Positions 27,756-38,332 of a DNA stretch of 64,000 nucleotides are shown here, piece after piece. The stretch is from IMG/VR virus record IMGVR_UViG_3300044647_001247, positions 1 through 64,000 of that record, one strand, 5' to 3'. The DNA comes from a virus. Made by a program: the position numbers and the translations under genes. The notes below the pieces were generated by a model. The model saw nothing but the letters and a program-made list of their open reading frames with translations, did no database searches and was not told the DNA's origin. Position 1 is the stretch's first letter. The number at the start of each line of letters is the position of its first letter.

Positions 27756-29375
27756 ATGCCTACCCCAAGTTTAAACAATGGTATTTTCCTACGGGATACC
27801 AGCTACCAAACTAGCTCTCACGTAGATTCTTATCACCTTTCAAATCTGCTTAAGAGTGCAGAACCAACTGACTTAGGTCCTGTTGATCTGTGGGCTATGG
27901 CACAGAAGGTAGAAATGCCTTTATATCAAATGTCCAGTTTTGGTGGAAAGAACGTCATTATGGTTGATAACAACCGTGGTGAATACAAGTGGCAAGTTCC
28001 TGTTGCTCAAGATCTTCCTTATATTTTAGAAGATGTTGAATCTGCAAACACCACTAAAGGTCTTGATGGTCAATCTTTCAAGATTAAAATTAACAAACGT
28101 TCTTTTGGTAATGGTGACATTATCACTTATGACAAGTATAATGGAGTTGAAATGTATGTCACTGCAGATGATATCATACCTGCTGGTGATGGTTTCATTT
28201 ACACTGTACAACTTGTAAATAGTGATAGCACTCGTTTCTTAGAGAACCGTTACTTAAAAGTGGGAACTAAATTCTTCCGTAAGAGTTCTGCTCGTGGTGA
28301 ATATGGTGAGCGTTTTTCTGATCTTGGTAGTGTGAATGGTGGTTTCCGTGAATTTTATAACTACGTTGGTGGTGCTGAAGCTCACGTACACTATTCTATT
28401 AGCTCTCGTGCAGACTTGATGTTAAAAGGTGGTCTTCGTGCTGATGGTACTGTACCTGTTATTGAATTGTGGAGAAACTTTGACAAAAATGTTGATCCTT
28501 CTTTAAATAGTTTAGAAGATATTGCTTCTAAAATGGGTAAAGACTATGTTAAGAAAGCTTATGCTTCTGGACAACTCACTCGTTCTTTCCTCACTGCTCT
28601 TGAGTCTGCACATCTGACCAAGATTGCTAATGACATTGAGAACTACTTAATGTGGGGACAGGGTGGAAAGGTGAAGCAAGATGGTCCAGATGATATCAGA
28701 TTATCTGTAGGTCTTTGGAAACAACTTGATAACTCTTTCAAACGTGTTTATAACAAAGCTTCTTTTAACTTAGATCTTTTCAAATCTGAAATCTTCAACT
28801 TCTTTAATGGTAAGGTTGAATTTAAAGGACCAGATCCTAAACGTTCACTGGTTGTACAAACTGGTATGGGTGGTATGCGTCTTGTAAATGAAGCCATTAA
28901 GCGTGAAGCTATCAACTCAGGTCTTGTTATTAATGCTTCTGAGGTGGGTGCCATCACAGGTAAAGGTATGGATCTGAACTTTGGTTTTGCTTACACTCAA
29001 TACGTTATTCCGTTCTTGGCTAATGTTAAGTTTGTATTGAACCCAGCGTTTGATAATATTCATACTAATGATATTGAGAATCCTATTATAGATGGTTTCC
29101 CTCTGTCTAGCTACAACTTCATCATATTTGATATCACTGAGAATACTAATGACAACATCTTCTTGTTGAAATTATCTTGGGATAATCAATTGAAATGGTT
29201 CTATCAAAATGGTACTATGGATTACATGGGACGTAGTCAAGGATTCCAGTCTTCTGGAAACTTCAACGGATATCGTGTATTCATGACACAAACAATGCCA
29301 GCTATTTGGGTTAAAGATCCAACCAAGGTGTTAAAGATTGTTATGAGAAATCCTGTAACTGGTGGTTCATTCTAA
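27756..29375 (+). CDS. major capsid protein (HK97 fold, crAss-like)
   Basis: Position; biased high-expression codon usage; spine-helix KIANDIENYLMWG; TGMGGM; C-terminal IWVKDPTK. Confidence 0.9.
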   Translation: MPTPSLNNGIFLRDTSYQTSSHVDSYHLSNLLKSAEPTDLGPVDLWAMAQKVEMPLYQMSSFGGKNVIMVDNNRGEYKWQVPVAQDLPYILEDVESANTTKGLDGQSFKIKINKRSFGNGDIITYDKYNGVEMYVTADDIIPAGDGFIYTVQLVNSDSTRFLENRYLKVGTKFFRKSSARGEYGERFSDLGSVNGGFREFYNYVGGAEAHVHYSISSRADLMLKGGLRADGTVPVIELWRNFDKNVDPSLNSLEDIASKMGKDYVKKAYASGQLTRSFLTALESAHLTKIANDIENYLMWGQGGKVKQDGPDDIRLSVGLWKQLDNSFKRVYNKASFNLDLFKSEIFNFFNGKVEFKGPDPKRSLVVQTGMGGMRLVNEAIKREAINSGLVINASEVGAITGKGMDLNFGFAYTQYVIPFLANVKFVLNPAFDNIHTNDIENPIIDGFPLSSYNFIIFDITENTNDNIFLLKLSWDNQLKWFYQNGTMDYMGRSQGFQSSGNFNGYRVFMTQTMPAIWVKDPTKVLKIVMRNPVTGGSF

Positions 29376-29517
29376 TCTCCTGTAAATTATAAGAAGCCGT
29401 AACTTCTTCTAATTTACAAAATTATAACCTGGTGGATACGTCCACGAAGAGCTCGTAACTCTTCACCAGGTCAATTGTCCGCAAATTACGGACAGTTTAA
29501 AATAAAAAAAACCAAAC

Positions 29518-30534
29518 ATGAGTAGTGTGACTATTGTGGAAAAGTATCCACAGAACAAGAAATCTAGTATTGCTATTCGTCCTTATTTTAATCCTGTTAT
29601 TGAAAATATGGGATTACAAAAATATGGACTTAGTCTTTTTGATGGTGCTTTTCATGAGGAACAATTAGCTTGTTTAGAAATTAACGGTATTAAACGTTAT
29701 GTAACAGGTCTTAATGAGTTTTCTCCTGATATAAGAGAACTTCCTTTAGATGAACAAGAAGCAAAGATTAAACAGATTAAAGTTGTTGTGTCTCAACTTG
29801 AAAAAGAACTTGCTTCTAATGTAGTTGATCCTAGTGATGAACAATTTTGGAATAAGGTTAAACTGCTTAAACCAGATAATTTTGAGTTTTGGGATAAGAT
29901 TAAAATTAGATGTGGTAATGAACCTGTGTATTTAGAACCTGATACTGATCCTTATGATCTGATTAGATTATATGCTATAGAAGCAGGTGGTTTCTCAATA
30001 GTATCAAAAAGTTTAGAAGAAGCTAGAAAAATGGCTGTTTCTCCTAAATTCTATCTTGATAAACTTGAACAAACAGCTTCTATACAAACTGAAGTGAAGA
30101 AATTGCGTAACAAAGCTTTATCTGAACTTCAAAAGTTGTTTGACAAAAATCAAAATAAACTTTTATATGTAGCAAAATTGTTAGATCCTAACAGTGCTCA
30201 ATATAAGAAGTCTACACCAAATGATATCATCTATGATAATATGGATAAGTATATCAATGGTGAACTTATAGAAAAGGATAAACGTAAAACTGCTCAAAGA
30301 TTTTTAGACGCTGCAGGTTTAGATATGGAGTCTTTAAAAATCAAAGCAATAGTTAAAGATAGTTCTTATTATAAGTTTATTGCTACAAAAGGAGATGGTT
30401 TTATCTATCATATGCAAACATCAACAATGCTCGGAAGAAATCTTTCTGATGTTGCTGAATATCTTAAAAACCCTCTTAATGAAGAAATTTTAATAGATCT
30501 CACTAAGAAGGTTGAGAAATACTGGAATGCTTAA
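29518..30534 (+). CDS. conserved virion or assembly protein following MCP
   Basis: crAss-like synteny; FW..LEPDTDPYDLIRLY motif. Confidence 0.7.
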   Translation: MSSVTIVEKYPQNKKSSIAIRPYFNPVIENMGLQKYGLSLFDGAFHEEQLACLEINGIKRYVTGLNEFSPDIRELPLDEQEAKIKQIKVVVSQLEKELASNVVDPSDEQFWNKVKLLKPDNFEFWDKIKIRCGNEPVYLEPDTDPYDLIRLYAIEAGGFSIVSKSLEEARKMAVSPKFYLDKLEQTASIQTEVKKLRNKALSELQKLFDKNQNKLLYVAKLLDPNSAQYKKSTPNDIIYDNMDKYINGELIEKDKRKTAQRFLDAAGLDMESLKIKAIVKDSSYYKFIATKGDGFIYHMQTSTMLGRNLSDVAEYLKNPLNEEILIDLTKKVEKYWNA

Positions 30535-30539
30535 GACCT

Positions 30540-31241
30540 ATGAATAATAACCTGTTACAAATTAAAATTAAACAACGTTTAAATAAACTTGCTAGTCTTG
30601 ATTATGATAACATTGAATGTTGGCAAATTCAAGAAGCTTTTAATAAAGCACAAATTGAATGGACTCGCAGACAACTTCATGGGTTAAATTCTAAAAAAGA
30701 AGCAGCTGAACAGAGTATTAACACAATAGATGATTTACAAGTTCTTTTAAATACTGTTACATTAAAATCAACAGAGAATAATAACTATTACGAAACAGAA
30801 GTTATTCCTTCTAACTACTTGCATTTTGTAAGAGTGAGTGGTTTTGCAAAGACAAGTTGTTGTCCAAGTGTGAGTCTTTCTATATATCAGGTGGAAGAAG
30901 CTAACGTAGATATTCTTTTATCAGATGATTTTAAAGGTCCTTCATTTGAATGGGCTGAAACCTTTTGTACAGTGGGTGCAGATAAAATAAAAATCTATAC
31001 AAATAATTTATTTGATGTAGAAAATGTAAGTCTTGTCTACTATAGAAAACCAAAAGATATTCAGTTTATAAATTGTGTAAATCCTAGTACGGGATCTGTT
31101 TACACTACAAATGTGGATTGTGAACTTAAAGAGGACATCTGTGAAATACTTGTTGATGAAGCAGCTTCAATACTTGCTGGTGACATAGAAAGTATGAATC
31201 AATATCAAAGAAACTTACAAAATAGTGTAAAAAATAGTTAA
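30540..31241 (+). CDS. head-tail ring/adaptor protein
   Basis: FNKAQ..DDLQVLL..Y.RKP..CEL....EILVDEA pattern of crAss-like ring proteins. Confidence 0.7.
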   Translation: MNNNLLQIKIKQRLNKLASLDYDNIECWQIQEAFNKAQIEWTRRQLHGLNSKKEAAEQSINTIDDLQVLLNTVTLKSTENNNYYETEVIPSNYLHFVRVSGFAKTSCCPSVSLSIYQVEEANVDILLSDDFKGPSFEWAETFCTVGADKIKIYTNNLFDVENVSLVYYRKPKDIQFINCVNPSTGSVYTTNVDCELKEDICEILVDEAASILAGDIESMNQYQRNLQNSVKNS

Positions 31242-31669
31242 TGCAAAAGTTACAAAGACCTGGTACATCAAATGCAGCAGGAACATCTGTAGAAGCTAAA
31301 ACTGCAGCTTGTGTAACTGAACTTATGAATGCTTCTGCAAGTTTTCATAAGCTTCATTTAAAAGTGACAGGTGTAGGTTCTTTTTCTAGTCATAAAGCTC
31401 TTAATGAACTATATGACGCTCTTCCAGGACATGCTGATACACTTGCTGAGGGTTTTCAAGGAGCTTCTGAAAAACTTTTGGAATATAGCGGTGATGTAGC
31501 TCCTACTAATTTAAACTCAGTTCAAGAAGCATTAGCTTATTTAAGAACTATGACAAGTATGATAAACTCTTTACAGTCTATTATGCCTTACAGTGAAATA
31601 AGTAATGATCTTGATAATGTAAAAAGCACAATTAACAGTATTAAATATAAACTACTTTTTCTTAAATAA
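31241..31669 (+). CDS. Dps/ferritin-like four-helix protein
   Basis: HKLHLKV.G..SFSSHKALNELYD..DTLAEGFQG..KYKLLFL. Confidence 0.75.
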   Translation: MQKLQRPGTSNAAGTSVEAKTAACVTELMNASASFHKLHLKVTGVGSFSSHKALNELYDALPGHADTLAEGFQGASEKLLEYSGDVAPTNLNSVQEALAYLRTMTSMINSLQSIMPYSEISNDLDNVKSTINSIKYKLLFLK

Positions 31670-31711
31670 TTTTTTTTATTGTATATTTTATAACCCAAAA
31701 ATTCAAATCCT

Positions 31712-33193
31712 ATGTATTTTCCACACGCGTTTAGGAAATCTTTCTTGGTTTCCTCTGGTACTCTAGCATCAGGCGTAGCTACTAATGCCCTCACTGCAGG
31801 ACAACTTGGTATGTATGCTCCCACTAGTGCTACTAACTCTACACTTGCAACTGTTGCTGCTGGTGTAACTCCTTTTTTTGTTATTCAAGGATCTTATTTC
31901 ACGAATGACAAAATTGGTGTTCATGGCGGATATAAAGAATCCGTTAAATCTAAGCTGGTAAACCCTAAGTTTATTAGTCGTGTAATTAGAATTCCATCAA
32001 AAAGTGCTATTAACCAAGTTGTACGTGTAAGTGCAAATGGTGTAGGTCTTACAGCTGATGAAACTTACAGACTTCGTATAGATCTTAAAGGTTCTCCTGC
32101 ATTACGGTATTTAAGTCATCAATTGTATAGAGTTGTTGATTATTGGTCTGGTTGTGTAAATACAACTACTGCTACACATAAAAAAGATCCAGTGATGGCT
32201 TTGTTAGCATGGAAAGATCAAATTAACACCTATCCTTTGTTTGATCAAATGGTTAAGGCTCGTGTGTATAAGTATGTAACTGTACTTTCTGCTACAGGTG
32301 CTGCTACTGGTGTAACTACTCTTCAGGCTACTATTCCTATGACTAGTACCACTGGTGTTGTAGTGGGTCAAAAAGTTATCGGTACTGGTATTCCTGCTAA
32401 TAGCTTTGTAACCACTGTAACTGCTAATACAAGTATTGTTGTTAAATTTCCTGCACAAGCTGTAGCTCCTACTATTGGTGCGGCTGTATCTATGCAGTTT
32501 TTTAGTGATGTATACACTGAAGCTGGTACAGTAGCTCTTATTCCTGGTACAAGTGTAGCAACTGGTTTAACTTCTACTGCTTACTCAGCAGATGCTGATG
32601 CAGCTAGTTTCACCTACACTCAGCAGCCTCATATTGAATTAACACTTGGTTTTGTAGAAACTACTTTTGGTGCATGTACTTTCACTCCTACTGATAAGTA
32701 TGAACTGGAACCTTTGGTAGCATATCTTTCTGTAATTGACGAGAGTGGTGACGTATGTATTTCTGCTCCTTTTGTAGCAAATACTGCTGCTATCACTGCT
32801 GCCAATCCTTATTTATCTAGCCATGGTATTGAGATTCAAGCTGTTCAGCAAGTTTCTGGACTGGGTGAAACCTTATTACGTGAATTGATTTTGGACGGAC
32901 GTTATCTTCAGAATGCCTATCCTGATAGTTCTAGAGTGGAACATCTGCGTATGCGTGAGATTGAAGCAGATCCTATGTTAGCTCAAGTTACACGTAGTGC
33001 TTTATATGATAAAGTAATTGTTCTTCATAACGTTCCTCGTTGGAACAATCCTAACGGAACTTATGATAATGATCAATATGCTTTAGTATTTAATGTAACG
33101 GCCGGTACAGCTACCACTGCTATTACTAACTATTTCGTTACTGCCGCAAACGCTGCTCAGGGTGCTAACACCATTGCTTTAGAAACTTATTAA
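31712..33193 (+). CDS. major structural protein (auxiliary capsid/decoration-like)
   Basis: 493 aa, A/T/V-rich, high-expression codons, followed by a strong terminator. Confidence 0.65.
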   Translation: MYFPHAFRKSFLVSSGTLASGVATNALTAGQLGMYAPTSATNSTLATVAAGVTPFFVIQGSYFTNDKIGVHGGYKESVKSKLVNPKFISRVIRIPSKSAINQVVRVSANGVGLTADETYRLRIDLKGSPALRYLSHQLYRVVDYWSGCVNTTTATHKKDPVMALLAWKDQINTYPLFDQMVKARVYKYVTVLSATGAATGVTTLQATIPMTSTTGVVVGQKVIGTGIPANSFVTTVTANTSIVVKFPAQAVAPTIGAAVSMQFFSDVYTEAGTVALIPGTSVATGLTSTAYSADADAASFTYTQQPHIELTLGFVETTFGACTFTPTDKYELEPLVAYLSVIDESGDVCISAPFVANTAAITAANPYLSSHGIEIQAVQQVSGLGETLLRELILDGRYLQNAYPDSSRVEHLRMREIEADPMLAQVTRSALYDKVIVLHNVPRWNNPNGTYDNDQYALVFNVTAGTATTAITNYFVTAANAAQGANTIALETY

Positions 33194-33215
33194 GCAATTT
33201 AATCCTATAACAATC

Positions 33216-33254
33216 AGGGAGAGTGTACAGTTGTGCACCTCCCTTTTTGTTTTT
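33216..33254 (+). terminator. intrinsic terminator
   Basis: agggag-a-gtgtaca/tgtgcac-ctccct stem plus T-run. Confidence 0.75.
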
Positions 33255-33274
33255 GGAAAAGTGGTAAAAATTCA

Positions 33275-33292
33275 GTAAATTAATATTGAGGA
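33275..33292 (+). promoter_or_regulatory. putative phage late promoter motif
   Basis: GTAAATTAATATTGAGGA right after a terminator. Confidence 0.5.
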
Positions 33293-33333
33293 GTTGTATT
33301 TAAAATTATAATAAATTATAAAAGTTTATATCA

Positions 33334-33876
33334 ATGGCTAGTAAACATCAGTTAAGTTTAGAAATACTAGAGACTAATAATACAAAGGTGTTTAGAGTGG
33401 CTGATACTAGCACCTACAGTGATAATATTCCTGTAGATTGTGGTCTTTTACAAATTACTTCTCCCGGGTTTAGTCAACCTGTAAATATAGATGTGCAAAG
33501 TGGCTTTAATTTAATATTAAATGCATGTACATTAGGTATACAAAGTTCTGGTTGTGAGAATGCTCAAGTTTTACCAGATGGTGTGTATACAATTCGTTTT
33601 TCTGTTTCTCCTAATTCTGTAGTTTATGTTGAGTATGATCATTTGAGAATAACTCAAACTAACAATCTTTATTATAAAGAATTGTGTAAACTTGAAATGT
33701 CTGCTTGTGAACCAGATGCTGATGTAAAAGAACAATTAAAAGAACTTTCTTTAATTAAGAATTTTATTGATGGTGCCAAAGCAAAGGTGGAATATTGTGC
33801 TGATTTAGAAACAGGAATGGATATGTTAATATATGCTCAAAAAAGACTTCTTAAATTAGTTGATTCTTGTAATTAA
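33334..33876 (+). CDS. structural protein (tail hub-like)
   Basis: LQITSPGF..LPDGVYTIRFSV; position at the start of the tail module. Confidence 0.6.
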   Translation: MASKHQLSLEILETNNTKVFRVADTSTYSDNIPVDCGLLQITSPGFSQPVNIDVQSGFNLILNACTLGIQSSGCENAQVLPDGVYTIRFSVSPNSVVYVEYDHLRITQTNNLYYKELCKLEMSACEPDADVKEQLKELSLIKNFIDGAKAKVEYCADLETGMDMLIYAQKRLLKLVDSCN

Positions 33877-33892
33877 TAAAAAAACCAATTTT

Positions 33893-34030
33893 ATGGGACA
33901 GTGTTCATATTGCAAATCTCCTTTCACTTGTTCATGTCAAATAAGAGTTGCCTCAGATGGTACAAAACTTTGTGCTAGTTGCGTTCCTATTTATGAACAA
34001 TTATTACAAAATAATATAAATACTCAATAA
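33893..34030 (+). CDS. 45-aa Cys-rich protein (not in ORF track)
   Basis: MGQCSYCKSPFTCSCQIRVASDGTKLCASC...; fills the gap between two genes. Confidence 0.65.
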   Translation: MGQCSYCKSPFTCSCQIRVASDGTKLCASCVPIYEQLLQNNINTQ

Positions 34031-34035
34031 TAATA

Positions 34036-34626
34036 ATGAGAAATTTACTTCCTAATGTAATAGGGCATAATAAGACATATGCTAATGCTGTGGAACAATT
34101 ATTTAAGTCCATAAGATATGGAATTAATAGTTGTAAAACAAAGTCTTCTTATGATCAAGCTGTTATAAGAAAGCAAATTGTTAGTTGGCAACTTAATGAA
34201 GATAATGATGCTTTAACAACTGCTTCTATACAATATAACACTTGGCTTCCAGTTACTTATGAAGTGAATACTTCCGGAGCTATTGAGTCTGGAGGTTCTT
34301 CTCAATGTTCTCCTGCAGCACTATCTTTAGGATATACCTATCCAGGTGGAACACAGAATATTATTGATGTTAATAGTGGTGGTTGTATAACTAGAATTAA
34401 TCTAAACCCCACTGTAAATATTGGTGGAGGAACTGCTGATTATATTCATACACAATCTGTTGCTGCAACCACTTGGAATATAACTCACAATTTAGGTTTT
34501 ATTCCAAATGTATTTGTATTAGACGGGTCTGGTGTAGAAATTATTGGTTCTGTAACCTCTGCTACAACAACAACATTGGTATTAACTTTTTCTCAATCTG
34601 TTTCTGGAACAGCATATTTAACTTAA
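34036..34626 (+). CDS. tail-associated structural protein
   Basis: C-terminal YIHTQSVAATTWNITHNLGFIPNV domain typical of fibre-associated proteins. Confidence 0.75.
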   Translation: MRNLLPNVIGHNKTYANAVEQLFKSIRYGINSCKTKSSYDQAVIRKQIVSWQLNEDNDALTTASIQYNTWLPVTYEVNTSGAIESGGSSQCSPAALSLGYTYPGGTQNIIDVNSGGCITRINLNPTVNIGGGTADYIHTQSVAATTWNITHNLGFIPNVFVLDGSGVEIIGSVTSATTTTLVLTFSQSVSGTAYLT

Positions 34627-34627
34627 G

Positions 34628-37288
34628 ATGCCATCTAAAAAATATCTACATGATATTGACTTAGTTCAAAATCAGCTATTAAATGCTGTTTTAGATAGTA
34701 GATCATCTGCTCCTGCTTCTGGAGTGGATGGGCAGATTTATTATAATAATGCATCAAAGCAGTTTTTTTATTATAATGGAACAACCACTTTATGGCAAGC
34801 AATAGCTGGGGCTGGACTAACAAACCCAATGACTGCATTAGGTGACATTATATATGGTGGAGCTTCTGGTGCTGTTACAAGACTAGCTGGTAACATCACT
34901 ACAACTAAACAGTTTCTATCACAAACTGGTACAGGATCTGCTTCTGCTGCTCCAACTTGGGCAACATTAGCAGGATCTGATATAACAGGAGCTGCACTTA
35001 CTAGTAGTAATGACACTAACGTAACTATTACACTTGGTGGAACTCCAGCTACTTCTTTACTTAGAGCAGCTTCTTTGACATTAGGATGGACAGGTACACT
35101 TGCCGTGGCAAGAGGAGGTACAGGTCTTGGAACTCTAGGTACAGCAAATCAACTCATAAGAGTTAATGCAGGTGGTACAGCTTTAGAATATTTTACGTCA
35201 ACATTCCTCACAGCTAACCAAACAATCACTCTTACAGGAGTGGTGACAGGATCAGGAACAACATCTATTACAACAGCTATTGCTAACGGAGCCATTACAA
35301 ATGCTATGTTAGCTAATGGAGCTGTAGCTAACTTAAGTGGTACCAATAGTGGAGACAATGCTGTAAACTCTTTATATTCAGGATTGGTATCTAATGCTAC
35401 ACACACGGGTGATGCTACAGGTGCAACAACATTAACTGTTGTAGCATTAAGAGGTGTGGCTCTACCTGCATTAGGAGCATCTGCAGGATTTTTGAGATAT
35501 ACAGGAACAGGTACTAATACATGGGTGTTTGATACCAGTGTATACATCACTGCCAACCAAACTATAACATTAACAGGAAACGTAACAGGTTCAGGAACCA
35601 CTGCTATAACAACTACAATAGGAACTAACGTAGTTACAAACGCTATGCTTGCCCAAATAGCAACTGCAAGAATAAGAGGTAGGGTAACCGCAGGCACAGG
35701 TAATGTTGAGGACTTAACAGGCACACAAGCAACCACGCTATTAGATTCATTTGCAGGAAGTGTAAAAGGTTTAGTTCCTGTTAGTGTAGGTGGTACAACT
35801 AATTTCCTTCGTGCAGATGGAGTTTGGGCAGCACCAGCAGGTGGTGGAGGTGGAGGAAGCCCAGCAGGTTCTAATACACAAATACAATACAACAATAGTG
35901 GAGCATTTGGAGCAAGTGCAAGTTTAACTTGGGATGGAACAGCTATAACAGCACCATTATACAAGAGAGTAGCTGCAATTCCTGTTAACACCGTATCTGA
36001 TGCTATTTTACTAGAAAATACAACAGCAGCAACAGGTGTTTTCCCTAATGTTGGTTTTTCTCCTGCTATACACTTTAAGGGTACAGGATGGCCTAATCCC
36101 GGTTCATCTTCTGTTCCTATTGACATGAGAATGTACCTCACAAGTGAATCGTTTGGACAAGCATCAGGTAGGTTTGTGTTGGACTACTCAAGCAATGGTT
36201 CTGCGTACAAAGAAGCACTTGTTGTTGACGCTTCCACTTCTTTTAATACCACACTTCTTAGGTTGATAGCTCCCGGCGCAGGAGCGGTATTGGAAACGCA
36301 AGGAGCAAGTGTGTTGTTTACAAAATTAGGAGGTCAGCACGATATAGTATTTGGAGATGGGACTGTAGCTTATTTTTCTTTTAGAACAGATGCTTCTACA
36401 ACTAAAATGAGCATTAGAAATTACAGCGGAAGTGCTGATTTGTTAACAGTATTTAGAACATCAGGTAATGTAGTTATAGCAAATACATCAGACAACGGAG
36501 TAGATAAACTACAAGTTAACGGTTCTGCAATAGCAACTTCATTAAAAATAACAGGTGGAACAGCAGCACAAATACTTGCAGCAGATGGCTCTGTTATAAC
36601 AGCAGGAACGGGTATAACCATATCAGGTGGAACTATTAGCTCTACGGGTGGTGGTGGTGGAGGAACTACTACATTCGCAGTAACATTTAATAATAGTGGA
36701 ACAGGTGCAGCTTCTAGTACTACTTTTGATGGGTCGGCAGCAAGAACAATATCATACAACACTATAGGTGCCAATAAGGTTATTACATCAGGTGCTTCTG
36801 CTCCAACAGGTGGTGTAGATGGAGATATTTATTTACAAACAGATATTTCTTTTTTAACAGGAAGTGGTGCTGCAAATCAAATAGCATACTTTTCAAGTGC
36901 TACAGCAGTAGTAGGAAGTAACGACTATCAATGGGATAATACAAATAAAATACTTACAGTTAATGGATTATTTAGAGGAACTGTAACAGCTAATAGACAA
37001 ACTGCATCATATACACTTGTACTAGGAGACAATGGTAAGTTAATTGAAATGAATGTAGGTTCTGCTAATAACTTAACCGTTCCTTTAAATTCAAGTGTAG
37101 CTTTTCCAATAGGAACACAAATAGATGTAATTCAATATGGTGCAGGGCAAACAACAATAGTAGCAACAAGTGGTGTAACAATAAATAGTCAAAGTGGTTA
37201 TTTAAAAATAGGGGTGAGATATTCAGCAGTAACTCTTATTAAAATAGGAACAAACGAATGGTATTGTATTGGTAATCTAGTAGCTTAA
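34628..37288 (+). CDS. tail fibre protein 1
   Basis: G/T/A-rich mosaic of fibre modules (LAVARGGTG, TNFLRADGVWAAP, QIQYNNSGAFGA); C-terminal SYTLVLGD..AFPIGTQI..W.CIGNL domain. Confidence 0.85.
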   Translation: MPSKKYLHDIDLVQNQLLNAVLDSRSSAPASGVDGQIYYNNASKQFFYYNGTTTLWQAIAGAGLTNPMTALGDIIYGGASGAVTRLAGNITTTKQFLSQTGTGSASAAPTWATLAGSDITGAALTSSNDTNVTITLGGTPATSLLRAASLTLGWTGTLAVARGGTGLGTLGTANQLIRVNAGGTALEYFTSTFLTANQTITLTGVVTGSGTTSITTAIANGAITNAMLANGAVANLSGTNSGDNAVNSLYSGLVSNATHTGDATGATTLTVVALRGVALPALGASAGFLRYTGTGTNTWVFDTSVYITANQTITLTGNVTGSGTTAITTTIGTNVVTNAMLAQIATARIRGRVTAGTGNVEDLTGTQATTLLDSFAGSVKGLVPVSVGGTTNFLRADGVWAAPAGGGGGGSPAGSNTQIQYNNSGAFGASASLTWDGTAITAPLYKRVAAIPVNTVSDAILLENTTAATGVFPNVGFSPAIHFKGTGWPNPGSSSVPIDMRMYLTSESFGQASGRFVLDYSSNGSAYKEALVVDASTSFNTTLLRLIAPGAGAVLETQGASVLFTKLGGQHDIVFGDGTVAYFSFRTDASTTKMSIRNYSGSADLLTVFRTSGNVVIANTSDNGVDKLQVNGSAIATSLKITGGTAAQILAADGSVITAGTGITISGGTISSTGGGGGGTTTFAVTFNNSGTGAASSTTFDGSAARTISYNTIGANKVITSGASAPTGGVDGDIYLQTDISFLTGSGAANQIAYFSSATAVVGSNDYQWDNTNKILTVNGLFRGTVTANRQTASYTLVLGDNGKLIEMNVGSANNLTVPLNSSVAFPIGTQIDVIQYGAGQTTIVATSGVTINSQSGYLKIGVRYSAVTLIKIGTNEWYCIGNLVA
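36820..36838 (+). repeat. 19-bp direct repeat, copy 1 (tggagatatttatttacaa)
   Basis: Identical to 38421-38439. Confidence 0.85.
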
Positions 37289-37290
37289 AA

Positions 37291-38037
37291 ATGAAAGCAG
37301 GGATAGTAGATAATGTTCAAAGAATAGTTACAAGTGGACTTGTATTAAACCTAGATGCAGGAAACCCACTATCGTATCCTGGAACAGGAACAGTATGGAC
37401 TGATTTAAGTGGATATGGAAATAATGCCACGTTAACAAATGGGCCAACATATTCAACAGACGGAGGTGGAAGTATATACTTCGATGGCTCTGATGATTAT
37501 GCACCAATAGGAACTAATGGATTTCCATTTGGAGCTAGTCCTGGGACATTGTCTGCTTGGACTAAAAGACAAGGAGGACCTTCTAATGAGAATATGTACC
37601 AATGGTTTATAACTTATGGAACAGGTTCTCCAGGAAGAGCTAGATTTATAGGTGCTATTGATTATCAAGATAACTTTTATCCCCTACCTACTCTTGGTTC
37701 ATTAATTGCAGGAGGATATGCAGGAGGACCTTGTCCACCAGGGTCTATAGGATGTGATGCTAGTTATGAACTTATAAAAGTGCCAGAGTTAACTTGGTTT
37801 AATTTAACAGGAACTTATGATGGACAATACGCTAGAGTATATTACAACGGGATACTTTATTTAACATATAGAGTAGACTGGAATGCATTATCTGGTAATG
37901 CTCAGCTAGCAAGACAAGTAAATGGGGGTGAATATTATAATGGATATATAGCTACTGCGTATAATTACAATCGTGCATTATCTGATGCAGAAGTCTTGCA
38001 AAACTTTAACGCACTAAAATCAAGATATGGATTATAA
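37291..38037 (+). CDS. LamG/concanavalin A-like lectin domain protein
   Basis: IVTSGLVLNLDAGNPLSYPG.GT.WTDLSG..YNRALSDAEVLQNFNA.K.RYGL. Confidence 0.88.
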   Translation: MKAGIVDNVQRIVTSGLVLNLDAGNPLSYPGTGTVWTDLSGYGNNATLTNGPTYSTDGGGSIYFDGSDDYAPIGTNGFPFGASPGTLSAWTKRQGGPSNENMYQWFITYGTGSPGRARFIGAIDYQDNFYPLPTLGSLIAGGYAGGPCPPGSIGCDASYELIKVPELTWFNLTGTYDGQYARVYYNGILYLTYRVDWNALSGNAQLARQVNGGEYYNGYIATAYNYNRALSDAEVLQNFNALKSRYGL

Positions 38038-38049
38038 AAACAAAATAAT

Positions 38050-38322
38050 ATGTTAACACAACCACCATTAAACAGAATCTTTATGATTCTAAACGTAAGT
38101 GAAGTATCAAAAATAGACTTCAACCAAGTTGAAGAAACTGATGCTACCACTATTAGAAAATCAATAGACGGTACAAAAACTTTTATTAAATATGAAAGTG
38201 GGTCAAATCCATCATTTTTAGGTAGTTTGACTACTAAAGAGGGTCCCTATACATATCCTCAGATATTAAATGTTTTAACCGGTTCTGCATGGACTGCTCC
38301 TATAACTGGTTCTCTTAACTAA
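38050..38322 (+). CDS. small fibre-associated protein
   Basis: IDFNQV.ET...T.RKS.DGTKTF.K motif, typically found next to LamG genes in aquatic phages. Confidence 0.7.
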   Translation: MLTQPPLNRIFMILNVSEVSKIDFNQVEETDATTIRKSIDGTKTFIKYESGSNPSFLGSLTTKEGPYTYPQILNVLTGSAWTAPITGSLN

Positions 38323-38332
38323 ATTTTAAAAT

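Noticed and set aside
35149-36141. 330-aa minus-strand ORF and other antisense ORFs in the fibre genes
   Set aside because: Shadow frames of Gly/Thr/Ala-rich fibre codons; no independent motifs.
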